From: an uncultured Dehalococcoidales bacterium
GTDB lineage: Bacteria; Chloroflexota; Dehalococcoidia; GIF9; UBA5629
Direction: 5' to 3'
DNA: 64,000 bases
Assembly: GCA_964548415.1 (NCBI GenBank)
Contig: CAZJQG010000009.1
Coordinates: 2,854-66,853 of the forward strand
Position 1 is the stretch's first letter, and the number at the start of each line of letters is the position of its first letter. Shown piece by piece: positions 1 through 9,045 of this stretch. A program made the translations under genes and the position numbers. The notes under the pieces were generated by a model, which had not been told where the DNA came from, ran no database searches, and saw nothing but the letters and a program-made list of their open reading frames with translations.

Positions 1-1
1 A

Positions 2-460
2 GAAGCTGCCAGAGCAGCTGAGGCCGCGGGCGCTGATTTTGTGGGCAGCGACGACCTGGTTAAGAAAGTAGAGGACGGCTGGCTCGATTTCGACGTCAGT
101 ATAGCCACTCCCGACCTTATGGGTAAGGTCGGTAGGCTAGGTAAAATACTCGGACGGAAGGGGCTGATGCCTAATCCCAAGTCCGGCACGGTAGTTGCGG
201 GGGAAGATATAGGCAGGGCCATCGGCGAAGCCCGAAAGGGACGCGTGGAATTCCGTTTGGACAGAACAGCGATTATACATGTGCCGATTGGCAAGGTCGG
301 CTTCGATGAAGCTAAGCTTCTGGAAAACCTGACGGCTCTGGTGGAAGCTGTAAACAGAGCCAAGCCGGGCGGTGCCAAGGGGCAATATATTAAGAGTGCT
401 TTTTTAACCACGACGATGGGACCTGGCATCAGACTTGACTTAAGAACCCTGATGTCATAG
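2..460 (+). CDS. rplA: 50S ribosomal protein L1 (5' end lies outside the window)
   Basis: Frame is open from base 2 ([15 protein letters not shown]). L1 motifs [10 protein letters not shown] and TTTMGPG. Confidence 0.98.
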   Translation, partial: EAARAAEAAGADFVGSDDLVKKVEDGWLDFDVSIATPDLMGKVGRLGKILGRKGLMPNPKSGTVVAGEDIGRAIGEARKGRVEFRLDRTAIIHVPIGKVGFDEAKLLENLTALVEAVNRAKPGGAKGQYIKSAFLTTTMGPGIRLDLRTLMS

Positions 461-496
461 TATATCTAAGCTCTTTATGAACTGAATACCTTAGGC

Positions 497-612
497 TGCC
501 AATGACAGCAGGCGCTAGCAAGCTTAATAGTATAGCCTGCCGAGGTACATAGCTTTAACCGGTGATATTGCCGGCTTGAAGTCCTTGTGTCATGGCAAGG
601 ACTTTTTTATTT
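497..612 (+). promoter_or_regulatory. L10 leader RNA with attenuator hairpin
   Basis: GACAGCAGG...TTAA...CCTGCCGAGG core typical of L10 leaders, then hairpin AAGTCCTTG-tgtcatgg-CAAGGACTT plus T-run (579-610) just before the rplJ RBS. Confidence 0.85.
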
Positions 613-626
613 ATAGGAGTGTGAGC

Positions 627-1151
627 ATGTTAAAACAGAAGAAAGAACAGATGATAGATGAGCTGACGGATAGCCTATCCCGGTGCACCATTGCTATAGC
701 TACTGACTATCGCGGTCTGACGGCGAAGGAAATGGTGCAGCTGCGGCGGAAGCTGACCACCATGGGCATTGAGTATAAGGTGATTAAAAATACCCTGACC
801 CGGTTCGCTGCCGACAAGGCTGCTAAAAAGCAGTTGGATCCGCTGCTCACCGGTCCGGTGGCTATTGCCTTTGGCTTCGACGATGTGTTGAAGCCAGCAC
901 AGGCTTTAAGGGAACACATCCGGACGGCGGGTTCTGTATTGCAGATAAAGGGCGGTATACTCGGCGATAAACTGCTTACTCCGGAGGATATCTTAGCCCT
1001 GGCTACCATGCCACCGAGAGAGGTCTTGATTGCCAGGTTCTTAGGACAATTGCAGGCTCCGATACAGGCTTTACATAATGTGTTAAGTGCGCCGATTCGG
1101 GGCTTTCTAAATGTAATGCAAGCCAGAGCCAAACAACTTGAAGGAGGATAG
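627..1151 (+). CDS. rplJ: 50S ribosomal protein L10
   Basis: DYRGLT and KNTL motifs. ATG at 627 after AGGAG is preferred to the track start at 576, which lies inside the leader. Confidence 0.97.
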   Translation: MLKQKKEQMIDELTDSLSRCTIAIATDYRGLTAKEMVQLRRKLTTMGIEYKVIKNTLTRFAADKAAKKQLDPLLTGPVAIAFGFDDVLKPAQALREHIRTAGSVLQIKGGILGDKLLTPEDILALATMPPREVLIARFLGQLQAPIQALHNVLSAPIRGFLNVMQARAKQLEGG

Positions 1152-1152
1152 T

Positions 1153-1632
1153 ATGGCAGAAGAACAGGCAGTAGCAGAAGAAACTAAAGTCGAAGGCGAA
1201 CCTAAAGCCAAGAAACAAACTAAAGCTAAGGAAACTTCAGCAGGAGCTAAAGGGATGACGAAGGAAGACATTATATCCATGGTGAAAAACATGACGGTGC
1301 TCGAGCTTTCCGACTTGGTAAAGGCACTAGAGGAGGAGTTCGGAGTAACCGCAGCTGCGCCGGTAGCGATGGCGGCAGTCGGCGGCGGACCAGCGGCGGC
1401 GGCAGCGCCGGAAGAGGAAAAGAGCGAGTTCACCGTAATACTAAAGGAAATCGGCGAAAACAAGATAAACGTTATTAAGGCCGTTCGAGAGGTGACGACT
1501 CTGGGCCTTAAAGAGGCCAAAGACCTGGTAGAGGGTGCGCCGAAACCGGTAAAAGAAGGCGTCAATAAAGAGGAAGCGGCTACAATGAAAAAGAAACTGG
1601 AAGAAGCCGGCGCTAAGGTAGAAGTCAAATAA
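1153..1632 (+). CDS. rplL: 50S ribosomal protein L7/L12 with N-terminal charged extension
   Basis: [30 protein letters not shown] and [17 protein letters not shown] precedes ATG 1153. Alternative in-frame ATG at 1255. Confidence 0.97.
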   Translation: MAEEQAVAEETKVEGEPKAKKQTKAKETSAGAKGMTKEDIISMVKNMTVLELSDLVKALEEEFGVTAAAPVAMAAVGGGPAAAAAPEEEKSEFTVILKEIGENKINVIKAVREVTTLGLKEAKDLVEGAPKPVKEGVNKEEAATMKKKLEEAGAKVEVK

Positions 1633-1685
1633 CTACGTGTCGCTAATAGTAGACCTCATTTTTGTAGCACTGTGGCTAGTATAGC

Positions 1686-1728
1686 AAGCCTGCCTTAGGT
1701 CGTATCTTTGACCTTTGGCGGGCTTTTC
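1686..1728 (+). terminator. Rho-independent terminator of the ribosomal protein operon
   Basis: AAGCCTGCC..AGGTC / GACCT..GGCGGGCTT stem followed by a short T-run. Confidence 0.7.
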
Positions 1729-1784
1729 AGTATCTTAAGCATGTAAGATTAATTTCTTAGCGTAATAGACGGAGAGACACACGT

Positions 1785-2057
1785 ATGGCAGAAGTGAAAT
1801 TTTATAAGGTATCGGCTACGATAATATCTCAGGAGGGAATATGTGAAGCCGGCCATAAGGTTGGTGATAAATATATCATCGCAGATAAGACGCCGGCCGG
1901 TATGTGTGCCTGGGCGTTTTATACTATTTTCCCGTTTGTTACGGCATTGCAGGCGGGTGGTTCCTTTCCGTGGGAAAAAGATAAAGAAGCAGCCATTGTC
2001 GCCTGTCCTGACCCGACCAACAAGGTGGTCTATGAGCTAAGGCGGCTTAGGAGCTAG
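1785..2057 (+). CDS. TIGR04076-family small Cys-containing protein
   Basis: CxxGHKVGD, MCxWAF and ACPD motifs. GGAGAG RBS. Confidence 0.8.
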   Translation: MAEVKFYKVSATIISQEGICEAGHKVGDKYIIADKTPAGMCAWAFYTIFPFVTALQAGGSFPWEKDKEAAIVACPDPTNKVVYELRRLRS

Positions 2058-2060
2058 GGT

Positions 2061-2447
2061 TTGAAAGTCGTGAGCGTTATTTTACTTGTCTTGGGCCTGA
2101 TTGGGCTGCTTCTGGATCTGATATTCTGGATGCCGGCGAAATTTAGTCCTATAATAGCGGCTGCAATCGGTGCCGTGTGCCTGGTGGCTGTTTGGGGTGG
2201 TGGCAAAATATCTCAACCCGAGCCAGCAACCTCGGGAACGGGCACGTACGAGGCTGCGTCGTCTCAATCGCAGTGGTCATTTCCGGCAGCAGCGGCGGCT
2301 TGCCCTAAATGCGGCAGCCAGATCATGCCTGGACAACAGTTCTGCGGTGGCTGTGGCTCCAGCCTGGTATCTTATTGTGCCAGGTGCGGAAACACCATTG
2401 TGGAGCCATCAAGATTCTGTGGACGGTGCGGAGCCAGACTGAGTTAG
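2061..2447 (+). CDS. Membrane protein with double zinc-ribbon domain
   Basis: Two N-terminal hydrophobic helices. CPKCG..FCGGCG..CARCG..FCGRCG. Confidence 0.8.
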   Translation: MKVVSVILLVLGLIGLLLDLIFWMPAKFSPIIAAAIGAVCLVAVWGGGKISQPEPATSGTGTYEAASSQSQWSFPAAAAACPKCGSQIMPGQQFCGGCGSSLVSYCARCGNTIVEPSRFCGRCGARLS

Positions 2448-2449
2448 AT

Positions 2450-3559
2450 ATGATAGGTATTCTGTATCAGGACGGACTGAAGGAATACGATTTCGGACCT
2501 GGTCATCCATTTCGCGGTATACGCGGGCCGGTGTTTATTAAATTCCTGCAGCAGCAGATAGCTCAAGATGATAATTACCGGATACTGGAAGCACCGACTG
2601 CGACCGAAGAAGACCTGCTGTTGATTTGCCGCAAGGACTACATCGACTTTACCAGAGATTTCTACAAAGCTGCTAACCTGGACCAGGAATATTCCCAGGC
2701 CGAACTGTTCTATGAATACCATAGCATGGACAATATGCCCATTGGCCGACCGGGAAAGCTTGAGGAGGCCGCCAGGTTGGTTATAGGCCAGGGTAAAAAG
2801 GCTTGCGAGCTGGTGCAGGAAGGTGGCTATAAAAAGGTGGTTTCGATTGGCGGCGGCCTACATCACGCTAAGGCGTCATATGGAGAAGGTTTCTGCCTGT
2901 ACAACGATGTGGCTTTCTGCGGCCGTTATCTTCTAAAGAAATATCAACTGGATAGAATTTTGATTCTGGATACCGATGCCCATGCCGGTAACGGCACTTG
3001 CGAATATTTCTACGATGAACCTAAGGTGTTATTTATCGATCTCCACCAGGATCCCAGGACTCTATATCCGGGGACGGGCTTTGCCGATCAAATTGGTACG
3101 GGGGCAGGCAAGGGATTTACTGCTAATATTCCCATGCCTGTGGGTGCCGGTAACGATTCCTACAAGCTTGTCTTCGAATCTATTGTTCAGCCTCTCGTTC
3201 ACGAGTTCAAGCCGCAGATTATCGTGCGCAACGGAGGCTCCGACCCGCATTTCGATGACCAGTTGACCGTTTTGGGATTGACCGTGGCAGGCTTCAGGAT
3301 GATAGGCGAAAAGACGAGAGAATTAGCTGAGATCTGTGACGGCAAGGTCGTTGATCTGATAGCCTCCGGTTACAACGAGAAGGTGTTGCCCTCCTCCTGG
3401 CTGGCTCTGGTCTCGGGCTTGGCCGGGTTCAAGCTCGAGATAAAAGACGCGGAGCCCGTGCCCCAGCATGTTACTGAAGATAATGCAGTGTCCGAGACCG
3501 GCAAGGTGATTGAGACTGTTAAAAGCCACCTTAAAGATTACTGGGCATGTCTGAGATAG
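2450..3559 (+). CDS. Histone deacetylase / AcuC-family Zn-dependent deacetylase
   Basis: YDFGPGHPF, GGLHHA, GFCLYND, DTDAHAGNG, GGSDPH. Start at ATG 2450 because the upstream part of the track ORF overlaps the previous gene. Confidence 0.92.
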   Translation: MIGILYQDGLKEYDFGPGHPFRGIRGPVFIKFLQQQIAQDDNYRILEAPTATEEDLLLICRKDYIDFTRDFYKAANLDQEYSQAELFYEYHSMDNMPIGRPGKLEEAARLVIGQGKKACELVQEGGYKKVVSIGGGLHHAKASYGEGFCLYNDVAFCGRYLLKKYQLDRILILDTDAHAGNGTCEYFYDEPKVLFIDLHQDPRTLYPGTGFADQIGTGAGKGFTANIPMPVGAGNDSYKLVFESIVQPLVHEFKPQIIVRNGGSDPHFDDQLTVLGLTVAGFRMIGEKTRELAEICDGKVVDLIASGYNEKVLPSSWLALVSGLAGFKLEIKDAEPVPQHVTEDNAVSETGKVIETVKSHLKDYWACLR

Positions 3560-3601
3560 GCCGCAAACGAACGTAAATCGCCCGGTTCCAGTCTTCAAAA
3601 A

Positions 3602-3655
3602 TTCACCTTAACCTTACCTAATCTTCATCAAAAATTCACATTCGCTTGCTATTAT
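3602..3655 (+). promoter_or_regulatory. Four 11-bp-spaced direct-repeat half-sites (OmpR/PhoB-type box) plus extended -10
   Basis: TTCAC(3602), CTTAC(3613), TTCAT(3624), TTCAC(3635), then TGcTATTAT (3647-3655). An OmpR-family regulator is encoded downstream. Confidence 0.6.
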
Positions 3656-3690
3656 TGAAGATAGTAAAACAAGGAAAGGAGGCAATGTAC

Positions 3691-3933
3691 TTGAGCAAGC
3701 TATTCAAAATCGGCATGCCAATCTTGATTGTTCTGCTGATGTTGATAGTCGTCGGCACCGGTATTGCGCTGGCCCAGGGACCGCTGACCGCGCCTTCTAC
3801 CGGACCTGTAACCGCCGATGCTGGTTACGCCAACGGGGGCTATGGTTATTGCCCTGGACCCTGCGGTGGCTGGGGTGGATGGAACGGAACTAGTACCGGG
3901 AACTACCCACCGTGTCATGCATATTGGCGCTAA
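3691..3933 (+). CDS. Small exported protein with Gly/Cys/aromatic-rich tail
   Basis: AGGAGG 8 nt before TTG 3691 (ATG 3685 is also possible). Signal peptide ending IALA-Q. Tail YGYCPGPCGGWGGW...PPCH. Confidence 0.7.
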   Translation: MSKLFKIGMPILIVLLMLIVVGTGIALAQGPLTAPSTGPVTADAGYANGGYGYCPGPCGGWGGWNGTSTGNYPPCHAYWR

Positions 3934-3990
3934 GCTATTTTGATTACTGTCTAGTCGGAGTACCGACTTATCAAATTACACCTCCTAAGC

Positions 3991-4030
3991 TAGGGGCGAA
4001 GGTCGACCACTTCGCCCCTATTATTTTGTT
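3991..4030 (+). terminator. Rho-independent terminator
   Basis: TAGGGGCGAAG...CTTCGCCCCTA followed by TTATTTTGTT. Confidence 0.8.
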
Positions 4031-4065
4031 TATGCTACAATCATCTACCGGAAGGTAAAAACAGC

Positions 4066-4752
4066 ATGGCGCATAATAAAATATTACTGGTCGAGGACGA
4101 ACCGAAAGTATGCGACCTTATCAAGGCCTATCTGGTTAAAGACGGAGACGATGTTGTCATAGCCGGCGACGGCAAAACGGCTGTCGAAAAGGCACAAAGC
4201 TATAAGCCGGACCTGATATTGCTGGATTTAAATTTACCGGAACTGGACGGGTTGGAGGTCTGCCGGATAATCAGAAAACAATCGAATGTGCCCATAATAA
4301 TGCTTACAGCCCGTGACGAAGAGGTGGATAAAGTGGTTGGCCTCGAGATAGGGGCCGATGATTATGTTACCAAGCCTTTCAGTCCGCGAGAGCTGGCTGC
4401 CAGGGTGAGCGCAGTTCTGCGAAGATACCGGGAAGGTGTGAAAAAGGGCGAACTTCTCATTGCCGGAGACCTTCGTCTCGACCCGGGCAAGCATGAAGCC
4501 ACCTATTTCGGTCAGCCGCTGAGCCTGACGGCCGCCGAATTCAAGCTGCTTTCAGTCCTGGCCCGCAATCCAGGCCGCGTGTGCACCAGGCTGCAGTTAA
4601 TGGACTCGGCCTTTGGAGAATCATACGAGGGTTACGAGCGGACCATAGACGCTCATATCAAGAATATCAGGCAGAAGATGGTTACAGCAGAGCCCAAAGC
4701 CGAAAATCCGCTGGCTACCATTCGGGGTGTCGGTTATAAGCTGGAGGCGTGA
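4066..4752 (+). CDS. OmpR/PhoB-family response regulator
   Basis: Receiver domain (LVEDE, LLDLNLP, GADDYVTKPF) plus winged helix (RTIDAHIKNIR, TIRGVGYK). Confidence 0.96.
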   Translation: MAHNKILLVEDEPKVCDLIKAYLVKDGDDVVIAGDGKTAVEKAQSYKPDLILLDLNLPELDGLEVCRIIRKQSNVPIIMLTARDEEVDKVVGLEIGADDYVTKPFSPRELAARVSAVLRRYREGVKKGELLIAGDLRLDPGKHEATYFGQPLSLTAAEFKLLSVLARNPGRVCTRLQLMDSAFGESYEGYERTIDAHIKNIRQKMVTAEPKAENPLATIRGVGYKLEA

Positions 4753-5891
4753 TGTTAAACAAGCTGTCGGTCAAACTTTCTCTTCTTTTTGTAGGTATCG
4801 CACTGGTGAGCGTCGGTGTGATAGCCTTTTGGGTCAATCGCTCTGTGCAGACTGAGTTCACCTGCTATTGCGAGAAAAATGCGCAGACTCTTACAGCTCC
4901 CGATGGCACTACAATTATGGTAATCCCTCCTAATGGAACTAACCCCGCCCCATCAATGGGTGCAGCTGAGCAGGCTTTCCTGACTTCGGTTCGTAATTCT
5001 TTATGGCTGGCGGCAGTGGTGGCTATAGTGACCGGCGTGGCCCTGGGATTCTTTTTCAGCCGTTTGATTAGCGGGCCCATGAAGCAATTGACTCTGGCCG
5101 CGCGTAAGGTGGCCAACGGGGATTTTTCACCCCGCGTTTCCACCAAGACCGACGACGAGATAGGGGAGGTTTCGGTAGCTTTCAACACCATGGCCGAGCA
5201 GCTGGAAGCGAAAGAGAAGAGCCGGCGGCAGCTTCTAGCCGATATAGCCCATGAATTAAGGAATCCGCTGAGTATTATTCAGGGGAATCTGGAAGCCTGG
5301 CTTGATGGTGTAATCACGCCCAGCTCCGAACAGGTAGCTTCTGTTTACGACGAGACGGTGTTGTTGTCGCGATTGGTAACGGACCTCAGGGACCTATCGC
5401 TGGCAGAAGCCGGACAGCTCAAGCTGTATCGGAGCCCTACAGAGCTGGGCGAGTTTATTTTCGCCGAAATAGCCAGCGTCGAGACCCGCTGCCGGGAGAA
5501 AAAGATATCGATTAGCGCCGACCTGCCTACCGGTCTGCCACTGGTGCTTATCGATAAAGACCGTATACGCCAGGTGCTGCACAACCTGGTGGAAAATGCA
5601 GTGAGATACACGCCCGAACGCGGCAGCATCAAAATAGGTGCCGACTATGACAAACCGGGCTGGGTGACCGTTTCTGTGGCAGATACTGGTGACGGTATTG
5701 CCCGAAAGGACCTGCCTCACGTTTTCGACCATTTCTACAAGGCAGACAGGTCGAGGCACAGGGGACATGGGGGGGCCGGAATCGGGCTGGCTATGGTCAG
5801 GCAGGTCGTGGAACTGCACGGTGGCAGAGTCTGGGTAAAGAGCCGGAGAGGTAAGGGAACCACCTTCTATTTCACATTACCGGTGGCATGA
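4749..5891 (+). CDS. HAMP-domain sensor histidine kinase (BaeS-like)
   Basis: Two TM helices, HAMP, H-box ADIAHELRNPL, N-box NLVENA, DTGDGI and GAGIGL. Overlaps the regulator stop codon. Confidence 0.95.
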   Translation: MMLNKLSVKLSLLFVGIALVSVGVIAFWVNRSVQTEFTCYCEKNAQTLTAPDGTTIMVIPPNGTNPAPSMGAAEQAFLTSVRNSLWLAAVVAIVTGVALGFFFSRLISGPMKQLTLAARKVANGDFSPRVSTKTDDEIGEVSVAFNTMAEQLEAKEKSRRQLLADIAHELRNPLSIIQGNLEAWLDGVITPSSEQVASVYDETVLLSRLVTDLRDLSLAEAGQLKLYRSPTELGEFIFAEIASVETRCREKKISISADLPTGLPLVLIDKDRIRQVLHNLVENAVRYTPERGSIKIGADYDKPGWVTVSVADTGDGIARKDLPHVFDHFYKADRSRHRGHGGAGIGLAMVRQVVELHGGRVWVKSRRGKGTTFYFTLPVA

Positions 5892-5898
5892 AAGTACC

Positions 5899-5985
5899 GA
5901 ATCCAACCACAAAATCTCAAACAATAGTCAAATCTGAAATTCCAAATTCAAAACTTGCGCTTCTAACATTGGCAATTTGAGATTT
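5899..5985 (+). repeat. A-rich heptamer-periodic dispersed repeat, copy 1
   Basis: AAAATCTCAAACAATAGTCAAATCTGAAATTCCAAATTCAAAA shares the core AAATCYYAAACAA with six other loci. Confidence 0.65.
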
Positions 5986-6614
5986 CAATCCTTCAGAAAA
6001 CCGTAAACTATCAGAAACAGCGAAGCGTAGTACGTAATCATGATGATGAAATCGGCTCCTACTACCGGCATCATGAACTTATTTACGGCCAGCACCGAAT
6101 CGGAAACTATAAAAGCAATGGCGCCGTAAAGCGTAAAATCATTCCTAACCGACCTCAGTGTCGCAAAGATAGCTACCAGTGTTAAGGCGGTCATATAAAC
6201 GTATACCGGAATCGCCATTTCTTTTAAAGACGGCGTAAGAATGAATGCCATCATCCCTGAATAAACGATGAACAGAAGTATTACCGGCATCTTTGAAGCT
6301 TGGAACTTGAAATCTCTGGAGAACGTTATTATGAAAAAGACATGGGCGACCAGGAAAAACCCGAGTCCGGCAACGAAGTACTGACCTCCAGCTAATTCCA
6401 GCGCAATATCGGCGGTGGCGCACAATAGCAGTGCAGTGAACAGCAGCTTGCCCCTTGAGCCGGACACGGCTATGAAGGACAGTATAGCCAGGCTAAGGGC
6501 AGGAATGGCTTTGATGGCGAAATTGCCGGGATAGGGCTCAAACGGCAGCAGCGCAATAAATATCACAGCGAAGACAGCGAAGAGGTATAGCCAGGTCTTT
6601 TGCACAGTGGTCAA
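5985..6614 (-). CDS. YhhN / lysoplasmalogenase-family membrane protein
   Basis: Multi-TM. ADIAL, FVAGLGFFLVAH, FIVSDSVLAVNKF, IMITYY. Confidence 0.88.
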   Translation of the reverse strand: MTTVQKTWLYLFAVFAVIFIALLPFEPYPGNFAIKAIPALSLAILSFIAVSGSRGKLLFTALLLCATADIALELAGGQYFVAGLGFFLVAHVFFIITFSRDFKFQASKMPVILLFIVYSGMMAFILTPSLKEMAIPVYVYMTALTLVAIFATLRSVRNDFTLYGAIAFIVSDSVLAVNKFMMPVVGADFIIMITYYASLFLIVYGFLKD

Positions 6615-6729
6615 ATTTCACCCCCGATGTTTTAATTTGCCTGCTTTTGTCACATTATAAACCACCTGTCAACTAGGTTTCTCGTCACTTATTCTCGGTA
6701 GGGGCAGCAAATAAAGATATCCCCAAAAA

Positions 6730-7110
6730 CCTCTCTCCTTCTTAAAAGTGAGATTTAATGTGACCAGTCCCTCTTAGAAGAATTCCTACCCGCTACCTTG
6801 TGGTGGAGTATAAGGGAAGACGAACCCAAATCCAAATAAGTACCCAACTACAGAAATAGATTTTTGAACGGCCACCTATAATAAAAGGGGGGTGTTAAAG
6901 AAGGGCACAGCCCCTCTTAAAAAACGCCATTCTCTCCCTTGAGGTAGGACATGAGGGTGAATCGAAACTTAATCCAAACAGAGATTCAAATTCGGAATTA
7001 CTATTTTTAAATGCTCGCCTCTTATAAAAATGGGAGTATAAGAGGGGCTTCGCCCCTTTTAAAAAATCTTTCCTCTCTCCTCAAGGGATAGGGTCAGGGT
7101 GAGGGTGGAA
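6730..7110. repeat. Degenerate ~143-bp tandem repeat (~2.6 copies) containing GC hairpins
   Basis: CCCTCTTA at about 6769 and 6912, CCCTTTTA at about 7054. AATCCAAA at 6829 and 6971. ATTTTTRA at 6860 and 7003. Confidence 0.5.
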
Positions 7111-7181
7111 CAAATTGACAAAAGCACTAAATCCTAACTAGTATATCCCTTTAGTATCACCAACTGGTCGGGAGGCATTTT

Positions 7182-7517
7182 ATGGACGCAAGACTGCTGG
7201 CGCTATATTTCTTTCTAGGAGGATCGATTGTTACCCTGATAACGTATTTCGGCACGCAGGGCAGGGGCCTGCTGGCAGCTTTTATCGGCTTTTTCCCCAG
7301 CATTACACTGGTCACATTGCTTACTATATACTTTAAGAGCGGCGTTGGCGCCACGGTGTCCTACTTCAAGGGTATGCTGTTCTTGATACCGGCCTGGGTC
7401 CTCTATGCCCTGGCAATGATATTTATCTTGCCCCGATGGGGAATTGTTCCGTCAGTGATCATCGGCGTGGGCTTATACGTGGGAATATCTTTCCTGGTAT
7501 TTCGATTTGTTCACTAG
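7182..7517 (+). CDS. Small four-TM membrane protein (DUF3147/GlpM-like)
   Basis: FFLGGSIV and AAFIGFFPS motifs, hydrophobic throughout. GGAGG RBS. Confidence 0.75.
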   Translation: MDARLLALYFFLGGSIVTLITYFGTQGRGLLAAFIGFFPSITLVTLLTIYFKSGVGATVSYFKGMLFLIPAWVLYALAMIFILPRWGIVPSVIIGVGLYVGISFLVFRFVH

Positions 7518-7551
7518 CTTTTAATATCTGCTATTGGATAGGAGGTTAAAT

Positions 7552-8310
7552 ATGGACATGAAACTAAAAGACAAATTCAGCCGGCTGTGGCCGAAGTATT
7601 TCGATGGTGCCAGCCTGCCCATTACCTTCTACTACACCGATGAAGCCGGCCGCGCCGAGCCCATGAAACCCACCTCCGGCCACCGCTGCATCATCGGCGA
7701 CCTCATCAAGGTCAGGGAAGGCACCTCTATCAGCTACAGCGCTGATTCTATAGGCTGCTTTGGTGGTAAGAGGTACCTGGGCTTCAGTAAGACCATCTCG
7801 CCAAACTTCGAATATTTCCTGTCTTGCGGTATTCCCGGCAAGCTGGAAGGCGAGCGTTACAAGAAATCACCTGAGCTTGTCAAGGAGGTCATGAAACAGC
7901 AGGCGGCGTTTACAGCACCGGCGCGGTTCATCGTGTTCAAACGCTGGGACCAACTGGAAAAGGAAGATACGCCGGAAGTCGTCATCTTCTTCGTGCCGCC
8001 CGACGTCCTTTCGGGACTGTTCACACTGGCTAATTACGATGAAGTCGAAGCCAATGGCGTAATAGCTCCATTTGGCGCCGGCTGCGGTTCGATTATCCAC
8101 CATCCCTATCTTGAGACTAAATCCAAGCGACCGCGGTGCGTTATCGGACTGTTCGATATCTCAGCGCGGCCGTACGTGCCGCCGGAAGTGCTTACTTTTT
8201 CCATGCCGATGAGCAAATTCACCCGGATGGTGGATAACATGGAGGAAAGCTTCCTAATCACCGGCTCCTGGAAAAAGATACAGAAGCGGATTAGTCCTAA
8301 AACTAAGTAG
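7552..8310 (+). CDS. DUF169-family protein
   Basis: GCFGGKRYLGF, PEVVIFF, FGAGC, GLFDISARP. AGGAGG before ATG 7552. Confidence 0.85.
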   Translation: MDMKLKDKFSRLWPKYFDGASLPITFYYTDEAGRAEPMKPTSGHRCIIGDLIKVREGTSISYSADSIGCFGGKRYLGFSKTISPNFEYFLSCGIPGKLEGERYKKSPELVKEVMKQQAAFTAPARFIVFKRWDQLEKEDTPEVVIFFVPPDVLSGLFTLANYDEVEANGVIAPFGAGCGSIIHHPYLETKSKRPRCVIGLFDISARPYVPPEVLTFSMPMSKFTRMVDNMEESFLITGSWKKIQKRISPKTK

Positions 8311-8314
8311 CTCG

Positions 8315-8457
8315 ATGCTAGAAGTTAAGAATCTCAGTAAAATTTACGGCCTGGGCGAAGTACAGGTCAGGGCGCTCGATGGCATAACGTTCACCATTGC
8401 CGATGGCGACATGGTCTGCATAATGGGCAAGGGCTGTTCCGGTAAGTCGACCTTACC
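8315..8457 (+). pseudogene. Truncated ABC transporter ATP-binding protein (LolD/MacB-like N-terminus only)
   Basis: MLEVKNLSKIYGLGEVQVRALDGITFTI...GKGCSGKSTL (Walker A), then an abrupt switch to unrelated AT-rich sequence. No Q-loop, signature motif or Walker B. Confidence 0.8.
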
Positions 8458-8858
8458 TAACTTGGTTTCTAAATTATTCAGCTTTTTTTTAGTTGAACGG
8501 TCTCCATGCCCCATCCATCTATCTAGTTCGTCCCTCCATTTGAGGTGTAGCGAGCAGATTAAGATTACAACAAAGAAAAGAATGGGCATTAATAGGAATA
8601 TTGTTATTAAGAGGACAGTGTTTATTGCCAATAACCAATCTTTGAGGAAAATACCGAAAATAAGTCCCCAATATGTAATATAGGCGGAACCAAAAGCGAG
8701 GATACCCTCCAATAATTCTTAAAAAAGAAGCGGATTCTTGTTTTGAAAAACTCACGCCATTCCCCAAATTTTGCGGGAAATTCTCTAGCCAATCTTCTAA
8801 ACGAGTCCCCAACCAATGCTGCGCAGTTTCTGATGGCAGTTTTAAATAGTAATTGCAT
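8458..8858 (-). pseudogene. Frameshifted, 3'-truncated AT-rich membrane protein remnant
   Basis: Overlapping minus-strand frames (8858 start and 8712 frame) give TM-like segments YWGLIFGIFL and LLITIFLLMPILFFVVILI. The frame runs into the ABC fragment without its own stop. Confidence 0.4.
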
Positions 8859-9045
8859 GATGAAACCTAATTATATATTCTTGTCCGCACATAATGAGAC
8901 ACTTTTTTAAGAGGAATAAATAGTTGCCTAAAAACGTGGACTTCTGAGGCAAAGCCCTTTATTGGGGTTACGGAGTAGGTGTTTTGTTGAATACTGAATA
9001 ATTTGAGGTAGCAAACCAATTGCTGAAAATTCGCTAGCGCTTATT

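Noticed and set aside
1633-1784. rpoB does not follow rplL
   Set aside because: Separation of rplKAJL from rpoBC occurs in many lineages, and a normal terminator closes the operon.
2309-2449. 47-aa N-terminal extension of the deacetylase in the ORF track
   Set aside because: It overlaps the zinc-ribbon gene in another frame. Family similarity starts at ATG 2450.
6730-7110. Possible CRISPR array
   Set aside because: No identical 25-45 bp repeats with unique spacers, and no cas genes in the window.
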